Notes under the pieces: generated by a model
Told to the model about the DNA's origin: nothing
Databases searched by the model: none
The model's input: the letters and a program-made list of their open reading frames with translations, nothing else
Made by a program: the position numbers and the translations under genes
Assembly: GCA_951406725.2 (NCBI GenBank)
Contig: OX597816.1
Location: forward strand, 57,598,001-57,662,000
Direction: 5' to 3'
Origin: Octopus vulgaris
Lineage: Eukaryota
DNA length: 64,000 bases
Shown here: positions 52,041 through 64,000 of the stretch, one piece after another
How positions within the stretch are numbered: position 1 is the stretch's first letter
How the letters are laid out: the number at the start of each line of letters is the position of its first letter

Positions 52041-52439
52041 TCTTCTACAGAAGACTGACATTTTGTTTGCATTTTGGAATTTTAACAGCTTTACTTTTTA
52101 TTTGTTTGTTTGGAATTTTAAGGCTATCTCCTGCTCTTGGATTGTAAAAGCATATCATTCTAGTCTGAGAAAGGCTATGCTTCACATCAATATTGTCGTC
52201 TTCATTAAAGTGGTGGTCAGCTGCCGGCTGAATCGTCAGCATGCTGTGGAAAATGCTTAGCTGCATTTCGTCTGTCTTTTTGTTCTGAGTTTATATTTTG
52301 CTGAGGTCGGCTTTGGCTTTCATCCTTTTGCAGTTGATAAAATAAGTACCAGTAATGTACTGGGCATCAGTATAATTGGCTTCCCCCTCCCCTCAAAAAC
52401 TGCTGACCCTGTGTCAAAAGAATTTGAAACTAATATTGT

Positions 52440-52757
52440 CCATTATTTACATTATTTACTTTTGACGGATATTTGTCCTCATCTTGTTTGTGGTTAACAC
52501 AGCGTTTTGGCTGATATATCCTCCAGCCTTCATCAGGTGCCTTGGGGAAATTTCGAACATGGGTTCTCATTCCTAAAGTATTTTTCGATGTTGTTGTTGT
52601 TGTTATTATTATTATTACTATTATTATTATTATTCAGGTCACTGCCTGGAATCAAACTCAGAATCTTCGGGTTAGTGGCCCACACTCTTAACCACTACGC
52701 CATATGCCCGTCAATGCAAACAATGTACCTAATTCCTCATCTCTTGAATATAGAAGT
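52440..52757 (-). mobile_element. Composite repeat: PLE-like segment with degenerate HHR plus tRNA-like head
   Basis: Minus strand CAC-CUGAUGA-A-GGCUG..CAGCC-AAAA-CGCU-GUG at 52497-52540; reverse tRNA-like sequence at ~52645-52702. Confidence 0.55.
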
Positions 52758-52759
52758 CT

Positions 52760-53045
52760 ACTAATTTACAAAGTCAGAAAACAGCACAGCTCCCATGACT
52801 TTAGGAAACATTTTTTCATGCTGAGAGTTGCTGAAGCATGGAACAAACTGCCGGCATCAGTTGTTAGTTGTCGGAGCACTGCATCCTTCAAAACTTCCGT
52901 GCTTTCTGAGATTTGCCAACACTACACCTGATTTCCTCCCCTCCATACACACACAAGCATACACTTTATACGCACTTTCTGACAAGTTGTGGTGCACCTG
53001 AGCACTGTATACAATAATTTCATTATTATTATTATTATTATATTA
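52760..53045 (+). mobile_element. CR1-group LINE 3' end
   Basis: RKHFFMLRVAEAWNKLPASVV..STASFK motif and (ATT)n tail. Confidence 0.8.
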
Positions 53046-53049
53046 TATA

Positions 53050-53395
53050 ATATGGTCAGCCTGAAGTCCATGCTTCTCTTCCTTTGTGGTTTGTTTCTTC
53101 TCTTCCCAGTCTCTTCTGGAGAGACAAGTCTTGCATTTCTGGCTTCATACAGGAAGTTCAATACCAGTCTGCAAGTTGTTGTTCACTGCATTTCTGAACA
53201 ATTGATTGTTGTTGTTGTTTAACAATTGCTGTACGAGTGTTACCAGAAAACACTCTAACACGGTCATCAGTACTGATGCTAAACCACTTCCTCCCTCTTT
53301 TCTTCTCTGATGGAATCCATCAATATCACTGTTTCTGTGAAAAGTTGCTGTCAGTGTCAGGATGTTGTGGGTTTTAAGGCCTTTTGAGCAGAATT
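53050..53395 (-). mobile_element. R4/Dong-like LINE RT C-terminal fragment
   Basis: FHRNSDIDGFHQRRKEGGSGLASV resembles HPKSDV.RLY..RKEGGRGL. Confidence 0.55.
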
Positions 53396-53399
53396 CTAG

Positions 53400-56165
53400 A
53401 CCTGGGGTGGGGAAACTTTTTAGTGCAGCGGGCAAAAATTTAAGAAGAAAATGGTTCACAGGCAGATCAAAAGTTCTAACTTTTGTATCTGTGTAAATCT
53501 TGTGTATATCTCTGTATAATCTGACATACGTTAATAAAGATAAGCTTTACACATTAGATTAACGCGTAACATCTTCATTAACACCGCCTCTGAATTTAGG
53601 ACATTTATATTACTTATGAGGTATTCCATATTTTTTCAAAATGTACCAATCCTAATATTGGAGAAATCATAACAATCAAGCACAGACCGAATTTAATTTT
53701 GAAAAATTACAAAAATACTTAGTATTATGTGTAAATGATAATACTTAGTATTATGTGTAAATGACATATTTAAACAAATCTATCCTAATGATAATTTTAT
53801 CAAAGCTAATTAATCTTAGCTTTAAAATTTGGTTTTATTTACTAGAAAGGATGAAACAGCTTTTTTTTTTTTTTTCCTTCTTCTTTTGAAAGTTTAGGAA
53901 TATCACATCTTTCAAGAAACTGCTATTCTTAGTTCATTACTTGGGTCTTTGTTAGTAAGTCTGGTACAAAGACGAGTTTTTTGCATAATTCGATTTGGCA
54001 AAAATTGCCCACATTGATAAGTTATCGAAAATTGAGATACAAATTTCAAGGCATTTTTTATGTAAAGCAGGGAATTTCACAGAATTACTGGATTTGTAGA
54101 AGTCCAATAAAGACAGATTATTACATTTTGATTTTATTGAGTTATCTGACTGCATGCAAATCAATTAATTCTAATTGTAAGGAATCTGGAGCCTCCTCAA
54201 GATGCATATCAAAAGGTGTTTCAAAAACTCATAGGTCGATTTTGTTATCCTGTATTTCTTCAAATCTACTTTCAAATTTGTTCAAAAGATTTTCACACTT
54301 GTCAGAATATTCCATTGTTGATTCAGGATATTGTTTGCTCAATTTAGGAAAATGTGTGAAGCACTTTCTTTTCTATTGTGTGACAAAATAAATGCAGCAT
54401 TGATTCAAAGCTTTTGATATGAGAAAGCAAACTGGTTATTAGCTGATTGGAGCCTTGTAGTTTCAAGTTCAAAATATTTAAATGACTAGCCATATCTTCT
54501 AAAAATGTTTAACCACTTTGAAACTTTTTATCCTCCAGTTCTATAATAGGAACACCTTCAGTATCCTTAAAAATTTTCACTTCTTCCTTCAGTTCATAAA
54601 ATCATTTAAGCATTTGGGCCTTACTTAACCACCTGACTTCACAATGGTACAATAAATCCCCATATTCGGTTTCAAGATCTTTCCAAAATTCTTTAAATTC
54701 CCTATTATTCAACCCTTTGCTTCTTATCCAATCAATGGCCTTAGTTACAACTATCATTACATTGTCCATTTTGAGAGATTCTGCACATAAACTTTTCATA
54801 TGAATAAAGCAGCGACATGGTTTCCAGATCCAAAAGATGCTTCTTAAATTCATTCTTAATCAGAGCTACAAACACTTTTTCATGACCTACCATAGATGGA
54901 GCACCATCTATAGCAAGACCACTCATTTTCTTATACGGTAAATCAAAATCTTTTAAGGCTGAGTCGACCATTTGGAATAAATCTTCATCTCTAGTTGTTC
55001 CATTGCATTGATTTCAAGGCAAGAAATTCTTCCCGAATGTTGAGTTTTGCAGTTATTCCGCATATAGATATTGCCATTTGATCAGTGTTAGGACAGATCA
55101 GCTGTCTCATCAATAGCTAATAAATACAATACAAATTCTACTGAATCAGATTTTAGAGAATTTTGATTGTCATCAGTAATATCTTTAATACGATCAGAAA
55201 CAGTTTCACGAACGGGAACGTGAAACTCCGAGTAACAGGTTTTGTTGAATTTCTGCTGCTTTTAAATAAAGCATATTACTCTACCCCTGGTATTTGAGAA
55301 CTCTTTTTTTCCACCTTGTTTCACATTTATGTGTTTACTCCGGTATATATATTTATATATATATATCTGTATGTATGTACATATCTATAAACTGCTGTGA
55401 AACAGAAATGAAAACATGAATATTTGCTGGAAGTGAACCGTGAACGTTGGTATTTCCAGATTCAGTTATTATCCAGTGACATTGTTTCTAAGGAACACCT
55501 CTGTGTGTGTAGCAACCAATGGAAATGAACAACTCTGTTAGCGCTTGTTACTGCAATCTCTCATTGGTCAATATAGCTTCTTCTACATTAAGCTATTAGT
55601 TGACCTGCCTTAGATGGGTTCCTTGATTTCTTCATTGTTTTTATTGTATGCGTGTGGTGGAGGGTTTTTTCTCCTGTTTTGTTATTTTCAGGCTGTTTCG
55701 TTTGTTCTGTCTTCTCCACATGTTGATAAACTAATATTTCCAAAGAAATGAAGTTTTTCTGGGAATATATTCTCAACAGCAGTAAGGATACATTCTTTCA
55801 CAAATTCACCATCGCTATGTGGTTTGAGCCTTTTTTTAGCAATATTTTCACTTACCACATAACTAGCTTGAGTAACTGATTCACTTTTGAGCATCGGCCT
55901 TTTAAAAAAAGTTTGCCTTTTGGACAGATTTTCTTTCAAGGAGGTTATCTTGTCTAAACATTCAGATTCTTTCCAATTTCCATAGATCTTATGCTTACTC
56001 ATAAAATGCCTCTCTATATTATATTTTCTATAAATGTTGTTCTTTGTAAATAAGGCAAATGCACTTGTTATCTCTTTCAATAAACAAATAAAGCTAAGTC
56101 CATTTTTCATCAAACGAAGCACATTCACCAGCACTTCTTTTTATAAGATTGTTATTACTGCTTGC
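53400..56165 (-). mobile_element. hAT transposon (Charlie/Buster/SPIN, GTF2IRD2-like transposase), decayed and interrupted at ~55211-55723
   Basis: YNIERHFMSKH, ASYVVSENIAK..KPHSDGEFVKEC, ISLS^RETV, LAIDET, DGAPSMVG, EYGDLLYHCEVRWLSK; terminus cctggggtggggaaactttt. Confidence 0.88.
55208..55721 (+). repeat. ~510-bp duplicate of 60237-60754
   Basis: Near-identical sequence including non-repetitive flank. Confidence 0.92.
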
Positions 56166-56639
56166 CATATTGATGAGGGTATCGAAGAATTGGGGATCTT
56201 TTCTAAAAGATGGACAGAATTTTCTAGTTAACTAAACAATTTGAAACTTCGTATACTGGTAGAATGTGTCAAAAGAAAACATTAATTTCAACTAGATTTT
56301 TTGAGAAAATTGTATTTTGTAACTTTTACGTAGTTTAATTCTTCGAATTTTAACCAATGAAATCCCAGCATTTGACCTAAATTCATTTGCTGCGTATAAG
56401 TAAACAGCAGACACACACACACGCACACGTGTTATTCATCCATCACTTCTGTCTTCTGCAGGTGCTAGAAATAACAGCTATATCTCTTAAATCGATGAAT
56501 TTCGTTGCCCAATAAAAATATTAACGATATTTTTTTGACTTTTAAAACATGTTCGTATTCGTTCCGCTTTTGCAGGACATCAATTTTTTTTTCGGTTTCC
56601 ACGCATTGTCTTGTTATTTCCTATAAAGTCATGCCTAAC

Positions 56640-56952
56640 GCACGCACATACACAACAAAAACACACACACACGCAACAAACACACACACACATACACACA
56701 CAACAAACACACACACACAACAAAAACACACACGCACACACACGCAACAAACACACACACACACATACACACGCACACACAAACACACACATACACAACA
56801 AACACGCACACACATACACAACAAAAACACACACACGCACACATACACAACAAACACACACACGCGCACACATACACAACAAAAACACACACGCACACAT
56901 ACACAACAAACACACACACGCACACACATGCACAACAAAAACACACACACAC
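56640..56952. repeat. Compound (CA)-rich minisatellite (acacaacaaa(aa)cacacacgcacacat units)
   Basis: Periodic acaacaaa interruptions. Confidence 0.8.
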
Positions 56953-57475
56953 CACTGCCTGGGAAAAACAAAACCCAACTGGGCTGCAGTCGTAATGCAT
57001 AGTGCACTAGTGCACGCATTCTGTGTTGTGAAAAAATAGTCAAAGAAAAAAAATGAAGATATTCTTTGGTTCTGCAAGGTTTCACTTGGTTTTTCTCTCT
57101 TCCTTGTCCACATAGATTTTGATAAGCAAGGGGGGTAGGGAAGGGTGATAACCGATAATCCGATGACATGAAAGTACTTCCTGTTGACCTTCTTGACACT
57201 GACTGATAGCTAAAATGTGACCCCTCTTTTGAAAAAAAGTTATTTATCACTGCCTTTTCAGAAAAAAATAGTTGGTAATATTTTTTCTTTTTTTTTTTTC
57301 TAATCCTATTCACAAAGTACCAGATTAGTATTTTCTGTTTTGATGAAGCTTTACTAATTTCTTTTTGATTTTTAATAGATTTTTAGATATTTTTTGCTTT
57401 TCGATTGACAGAAAGATTGTAAGTATCGATTTGGGGGGGGGGGGTTCTTAAAACATGAAAAATGAAACAGGGAGT

Positions 57476-57544
<69 letters not shown>

Positions 57545-57546
<2 letters not shown>

Positions 57547-58075
57547 TTGTGTGTCTGTGTTTGTCCCACCACCACCACCATTGCTTGACAACCAATGTTG
57601 GTGTATTTACATCCCCTGTAACTTAGCAATTCAGCAAAAGAGACCGATAGAATAAGTACTAGGCTTACAAAGAATAAGTCCTAAGGTCGATTTGCTCGAC
57701 TAAAAGTGGTGCTCCAGCATGGCCACAGTCAAATGACTGAAACAAGTCAAAGAATTATATCATCATCATCATCAATTAACATCTGTTTTCCATGCTGGCA
57801 TGGGTTGAGCGGTTTGACTGGAGACTGGCAAGCAAGGAGGTCAAACCAGGCTCCAATCTGATCTGGCAATGTTTCTATAGCTGGATGCCCTTCCTAATGC
57901 CAACCACTCCGAGAATGTAGTGGGTGCTTTTTACGTGTCACCAGCACGGAAGCCAGTCAGGCAATACTGGCATCAGCCGTGTTCGAATGGTGCTTTTACG
58001 TGCCACTGGCACAGGAGCCAGTTGGGGTGCTGGGGCAGGCATCGACCATGTTTGGATGGTGCTTTTTACGTGCCA
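57545..58075. mobile_element. SINE family B 3' half (+) followed by RTE 3' UTR (-), upstream of the LicD splice acceptor
   Basis: Family motifs. Confidence 0.78.
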
Positions 58076-58159
58076 TAAATGTATGTATTTGTGTGTGTGT
58101 GTGTATATATATATATGTTTGTAATATGTTAGAATTTGTTTTAACCTATTTTGTGAATT

Positions 58160-58180
58160 CTTTTCCTTTTCTCTTTGCAG
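58160..58180 (+). promoter_or_regulatory. 3' splice acceptor for the LicD coding exon
   Basis: Polypyrimidine tract cttttccttttctctttgcAG ending 13 nt before the ATG. Confidence 0.75.
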
Positions 58181-58193
58181 CAAGAACAGCAAG

Positions 58194-59003
58194 ATGCTGG
58201 TACGGTGCAGAATTTCAAGAAACACAAGTTGTGTGATAGGACTTGTCCTCTCCATATTTACATTGTTGCTGTGGTCTACATTTGCTCATTTTCGGCACTC
58301 ATTGGCTGAATTTAAGCAGAAAATGTCTTTGACAGATCTACAAACCCTTAATGAAATGTTACAAGTTTTTACCAAAGCCGCTGATAAAGCTAATCTCACT
58401 TATTTTTTATATTCAGGCAGCCTTCTGGGTTCGTATCGCCACCATGGTATTATTCCTTGGGACGATGATGTCGATATAATGATGAACTCTTCACAGAAAG
58501 GAAAAATTATCGCGACTTTAAATAAATTTTCTCCAACTTACGGCTTATACATACATCCAAGAAATCAGTGGAAGTTCTATTATGCTAAAACAAACACACT
58601 TTTGCATAAACCATTCCGATGGCCATATATTGATATATTCTTCTTCCAAGAAGATGACAAATACATCTGGGATGAAATTCCTACTTTTAAATCTTCCTAC
58701 ACTATAAAGAAATCCAGTATATTCCCCTTGCAACGGCGCCCATTTAATGGTTTCATGTTGTGGTCACCCTGCAATCCTGAAGTGAATCTTTTGGCTTATG
58801 ACATCGAGAATTGTGCAGCAAGTTCTTATAATCATGATATCGAAGAATGGAAACCTGTATATACTTGGGCTAAAGTCCACTGCACACAACTGATGGACAT
58901 GTTTCCATTTGTTTGGCGGATAAAAATCACAAATGGCTGGGAAGAAGTCTTGTGGAATTCGTCCATAAGACAAAGCACTGTTATTGTACCAGATAGCTGT
59001 TGA
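58194..59003 (+). CDS. LicD/fukutin-family nucleotidyltransferase (phosphotransferase), type II membrane protein, 269 aa
   Basis: Intact ORF; signal-anchor [17 protein letters not shown]; LicD motif [26 protein letters not shown]; WPYIDIFFF and IFPLQRRPF motifs; Cys-containing C-terminus. Confidence 0.92.
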   Translation: MLVRCRISRNTSCVIGLVLSIFTLLLWSTFAHFRHSLAEFKQKMSLTDLQTLNEMLQVFTKAADKANLTYFLYSGSLLGSYRHHGIIPWDDDVDIMMNSSQKGKIIATLNKFSPTYGLYIHPRNQWKFYYAKTNTLLHKPFRWPYIDIFFFQEDDKYIWDEIPTFKSSYTIKKSSIFPLQRRPFNGFMLWSPCNPEVNLLAYDIENCAASSYNHDIEEWKPVYTWAKVHCTQLMDMFPFVWRIKITNGWEEVLWNSSIRQSTVIVPDSC

Positions 59004-59425
59004 TCCTTTCCCAAAAGCCATGATATCCTGTTAACACATACCTTATGATATACCTGGTGTTTCAAGTACGTCATCAAACGTCTGTGTGAGTGTATATATT
59101 TAAGTAAAAACACTTTGTCTCAACTCTATGTTAAAGTTTCAACGATGTAGAACATGTCCACATCACCAGATACTGAGAGATGAAGTGAAGTGAATTTTTT
59201 AAAAATTTTTACATGTCACCTAGGTAAGAGTATATAGGTTTCCATTGGTTAGTTATAATCACACAGTTGTTTCTACTGTCATAAGCAACATAAGTTTATA
59301 TATATATATATAATATGTATGTATATATTTGTATGTGTATGAATATATACATGCATGTATATATATATGTATGTATATGTTTATATATATGCATGTATAT
59401 ATATGTATGGATATGTATGTGTATG

Positions 59426-59456
<31 letters not shown>

Positions 59457-59523
59457 GTATGTATATGTATGTATATATATGTATGTGTATATATATATAT
59501 ATGTATGTGTATATATGTATGCA

Positions 59524-59562
<39 letters not shown>

Positions 59563-60057
59563 TGAAACTAATGAGGGGTTTATGATCTACGCAGAAATAG
59601 TGGAGTAAGATGAATGAGGTTGAAAAGTCAAAATTTCTTATCTGAGCATCTTCAGAAATTTGTATTCTTTCGGCATATATGTATGAGTGTGTGTGTATGT
59701 ATGTACATATATATATATACATACATATATATTGGAAAAGATATGAAATCCATGGTACAGTTAGGAAATGAATGACCTCACTGGTAGTTCTAATCAATTT
59801 AAATTTTCTAATAATATAATATAATTTTACAGTTTGGTTTAGAAATCTAGTTTGTTCTTTTAACTTCAATGGGAAGATTTTTTTAAAGATTCCTTAACTT
59901 TGTTGGTGGCAATTGTCAAACTGATCTCAGGCTGTGTTGTGCTGTATGATTCTCTCTACAAGAGATTTGGGTGTGTCAGGGGTGGGGGGTGGCCGGGTTT
60001 GTTATTAAGTGTGGGAGTGAAGGAGTGTTGATGAACAAGAGCTAGCTTGCTAACATA

Positions 60058-60106
<49 letters not shown>

Positions 60107-60198
60107 TAGACATACATATATATATATATATATGAGTATATATGTATATATCTATATGTATCTATATATATATATGTATCTATATATATATATATATA

Positions 60199-60372
60199 CT
60201 TTATTTAAAGCAGCAGAAATTCAACAAAACTGTCCAACGATGGGGAACGTGAAACTCCGAGTAACAGGTTTTGTTGAATTTCTGCTGCTTTTAAATAAAG
60301 CATATTACTCTACCCCTGGTATTTGAGAACTCTTTTTTTCCACCTTGTTTCACATTTATGTGTTTACTCCGG
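60199..60372 (+). mobile_element. PLE-like terminal repeat folded into a ~35-bp hairpin around a mutated HHR core
   Basis: ctttatttaaagcagcagaaattcaacaaaactgt / acaggttttgttgaatttctgctgcttttaaataaag enclosing CCAACGA..GAAACUCCGAGUA. Confidence 0.7.
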
Positions 60373-61426
60373 TATATATATTTATATATATATATATCTG
60401 TATGTATGTACATATCTATAAACTGCTGTGAAACAGAAATGAAAACATGAATATTTGCTGGAAGTGAACCGTGAACCTTGGTATTCCCAGATTCAGTTAT
60501 TATCCAGTGACATTGTTTCTAAGGAACACCTCTGTGTGTGTAGCAACCAATGGAAATGAACAACTCTGTTAGTGCTTGTTACTGCAATCTCTCATTGGTC
60601 AATATAGCTTCTTCTACATTAAGTTATTAGTTGACCTGCCTTAGATGGGTTCCTTGATTTCTTCATTGTTTTTATTGTATGTGTGTGGTGGAGGGGTTTT
60701 TTTCTCCTGTTTTGTTATTTTCGGGCTGTTTCGTTTGTTCTGTCTTCTCCACATCAAACAACATGGACAATATTTACAAATAATAATAATAATAAAGACT
60801 TACAAAACAAAAAAACAATATATACATACTAACAGAACTAATTTGTGTCTCTGCTATAACATTAACTTAAGCATCAATACAAACTTTTACCAGAAATTTC
60901 CATCAACATCATCATCATCATCATCATCATCCTCATCATTGTTATAACATTTTCATCATTTTCAGTTTTTTGTGTAATCTATTCAGTTAATTTTTTTTTG
61001 TTTTGTTTTTTTTTTCTTTTTTTATATTTCAACCCTCTTCCAGCATCTCAAGCCGCAAATTGAGTCCACAAAGACAGAGAACCAAAATGGCACTGGAACC
61101 AAACAGTCTGTCGTATATAATTTACAGTTACATATTCATTTTACAATATAGTTGTGACTCTGTCGAGTTTGGATTACCAACTCGAGGTTTGTGTGTTCAA
61201 GTCAAGCTCGGGTGTTTTGCTAATAATATGAAATAGACACTCAGAGACCCTAGATCTCAGTTCATGCTGATCCATTCCTAAAGAACAACTCATTGCTAAT
61301 AAGGAAATAACTTCCCACTTTCTGCAGCAATTAAGCAGTTGCACTGTTGATATTCCTTGTAATTAACACCAATGTACTTCCAAAGTGTGGACCACACAGA
61401 CATGCTGTCTCCTCTCTCTCTGTTTT

Positions 61427-61495
<69 letters not shown>
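61427..61495. repeat. (CTA)n(CTG)n compound microsatellite
   Basis: Direct reading. Confidence 0.9.
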
Positions 61496-62851
61496 CTCAA
61501 CTTCTTAGTGCATTGGTCAATATAGCTTCTATGTTATGTCAGACATGCTGGCTCATTCATCTGTCCTCTGTTGTGACAGGTTGTTGATATTTCTGGGTAA
61601 AGAATCAACTTGTAGCCAGTCACTCTCATGACAGATAAATGATATCGAAAATACTAGTGCTGGTTCAGAAAACAGATATTAATTATATAATTAACTCTTT
61701 CCATTATCATGTTTCTTTTGAAATACAGTGTCTTTGTGTTATTTAATTTCAAAACTGATGAAAGAGCTAGTAAAATTATTTATTGCTATTAAGGTGAAGA
61801 ATAAACATGGAAAACAGTCTCTACATATGTACAAATTTATTGAAAGACTGTTGACTACTCATGAGTTTTGCTTTTTTATGAGTTTTCTATTTTGTTCCAC
61901 AGAATGTCCAACAGTCACCCTCCTCACCAAACAAACTCAGTGGGGTTGCCAGTTTAGTCACCGATAACCTGACCAGGTTGTACTGGGTTACATGTTACTT
62001 GTAGCACTCAAGAGTGACCTGACACCTTTACAGAGTGTACTAATTGCTTTTTACAGGGTCCCAGCACAGGTGATTTTTTATGTGACACCAGCTTACAATT
62101 TATATAATTAACTCCTCTCATTATCATAATTTATGTTGGAACTCATTATCATAATTTATGTTGGAACAGTTTTTGTTTCAATTCATTTTGAAAATAACAG
62201 TTTAGTATAACCTTTTTCGTTATTATGCTGGTGTTTCTAACATAAATTAGACTGGAATTTAAATTTAGATCATTCTAAAACAGGGAATTTGTATCATTCA
62301 TTGAACAAGGGTCAGTTTCAGGTATGTTGAGGTTAAAAGGGCTGAAGAGGATTTGAAAAATTTATTTTTCAATTCAATTTCAAATTTTCCCGGTGATTAA
62401 GTCCAACATGTGCAGTATTTATTTTAAGACATGTTTACATTTACCTCATGTAGAATATGAATTAAGCTTGTAGAATGGTTAAATATTGAAAACAGTTGGT
62501 TGACATTCTTTCAGGGTTAACATGCAGTTGAGGGGTTTCAAAAAAAATGAAAGTAAATTGACCAGGAATGATATCTGGTAATTTTGTGTGAACAATGTGT
62601 GACACAACCAACGACAGAACATTAATGCCATCACTTCCCATTGGTTCTTTCTGTACAGCACAGTACTCCTGCATTGCTCACATGTAGCTGTGATGGCTGT
62701 CATGCATCAAATTGCTTTCTCAGTGGTGGTGGTCATTGTTGGATTGAGTACTTGGGAGTGGTGTACTTCAGCTGCTGTTTCTAAATTACTTGACATCATC
62801 AGACAATACTCTACAAGTAGGTACCTGAGAATGCAGCATAATGAGGGAGTT

Positions 62852-63586
62852 TCATCATCATCGTTTAGCGTCTGCTTTCCATGCTAGCATGGGTTGGACG
62901 GTTCAACTGGGGTCTGGGAAGCCAGAAGGCTGCACCAGGCCCAGTCTGATCTGGCAGTGTTTCTACGGCTGGATGCCCTTCCTAACGCCAACCACTCCGT
63001 GAGTGTAGTGGGTGCTTTTTACATGCCACCAGCACAGGGGCCAAGCGAGGCTGGCAACGGCCACGATCGGATGGTGCTTTTTACGTGCCACCAGCACAGG
63101 TGCCAGACGGGGCTGGCAAACGGCCACGATCGGATGGTGCTCTTTACGTGCCACCGGCACAGGTGTCAGACGAGGCTGGCAAACAGCCACGATCGGATGG
63201 TGCTTTTTACGTGCCACCGGCACAGGTGCCAGATGAGGCTGGCAAACAGCCACGATCGGATGGTGCTTTTTACGTGCCACCGGCACGGGGGCCAGGCGCG
63301 GCTGGCAATGGCCACGATCGAATGGTGCTTTTTACGTGCCACCGGCACGAGGCCAGTTGGGGCAGCACTGGCAACGGCCACGTTCAGATGGTTCTCTTAC
63401 GTACCACCGGCACTGGTATCACAGCTGCAATTTCCATTGATGTTGATCGATTTGGATTTTGGATTTTCGCTTGCCTCAACAGGTCTTCACAAGTAGAGTT
63501 TTGTGTCCCAAGAAGGAAAGGTATGCATAAGTGGACTGGCTACATCCCATGTAGAGGCCACGGGTTATGGTCTCACTTGTCGTGCC
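62852..63586 (-). mobile_element. RTE-type LINE 3' UTR with about six 63-bp tandem units
   Basis: Reverse complement of 11955-12347 with an expanded tttttacgtgccaccggcacagg..cacgatcggatggtgc array. Confidence 0.88.
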
Positions 63587-64000
63587 ATTAATAAAAAATT
63601 AAGGGATTTCACCTATTCTCTTTATGAAATTATAGGAAGTCCTTGTCACTTCTAATTTAGTTTCTTTTTTTTTTTCTTTTTTTAACCCCAAAACTGCATG
63701 TTAAAAACTGCATTTGCTTTATGATCATAAATTGAACTTCTGGGGTTGGGGTGGGAGTCAGAATTGTAATGCCATATTAACTTTAAAAAATTAGTGTTGG
63801 GGCTGGGTTGGAATTCAATGCAAAGGAATATTGTTTTTAATAGTGATTGAATTATTTAGGAAACGATCAGAAATTTATACATATTGAAACTTAAAGTGTT
63901 AATTTCATAGTTCCAGTCCTAGAAAATGTCCAAATATGCTCAACTGAACTTCTTTTTCTGATTAAGCTATAAAAAATATTTCAGAGCCACAGACATGATT

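Noticed and set aside
56505-57313. Long Cys/Val or His/Thr-rich ORFs (also 22622-23260, 59296-59869 and similar)
   Set aside because: Translations of (CA)n/(TA)n microsatellites
62690-62830. Possible terminal exon of a minus-strand gene
   Set aside because: Weak acceptor and only short ORFs with no recognisable homology; cannot be supported without transcripts
62894-63591. 200-aa and 168-aa ORFs with repeats (also 11035-11573, 43456-44085)
   Set aside because: Chance open frames in RTE 3' UTR tandem units or SINEs

Overview
Eukaryotic, AT-rich, repeat-dominated DNA. The SINE, RTE-tail and microsatellite repertoire looks like an octopus (coleoid cephalopod) genome; this is inferred from repeat style only. 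Only one host protein-coding region is well supported: an intronless LicD/fukutin-family nucleotidyltransferase CDS (58194-59003, +) preceded by a splice acceptor. The rest is mostly decayed mobile DNA: four mariner relics (one near full-length with TIRs and TA TSD), a maT-like element, two hAT transposase relics, Naiad-type Penelope-like elements (PLEs), RTE/CR1/R4 LINE tails, several SINE families, Helitron-type elements, piggyBac/hAT/Merlin-like MITEs, long foldbacks and a 19-bp satellite with higher-order structure. The most interesting signal is a cluster of about ten hammerhead-ribozyme (HHR) motifs from several unrelated PLE-derived families. Two have fully canonical cores (47532-47615, 24367-24458). 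One has a compensatory G3:C8 core swap and occurs twice in a ~520-bp palindrome, and one has a 100-nt multi-hairpin domain in place of stem II. There is also a ~510-bp templated insertion that starts inside an HHR core and splits a hAT transposase. All RNA structures were folded by eye and not computed; repeat coordinates are approximate.
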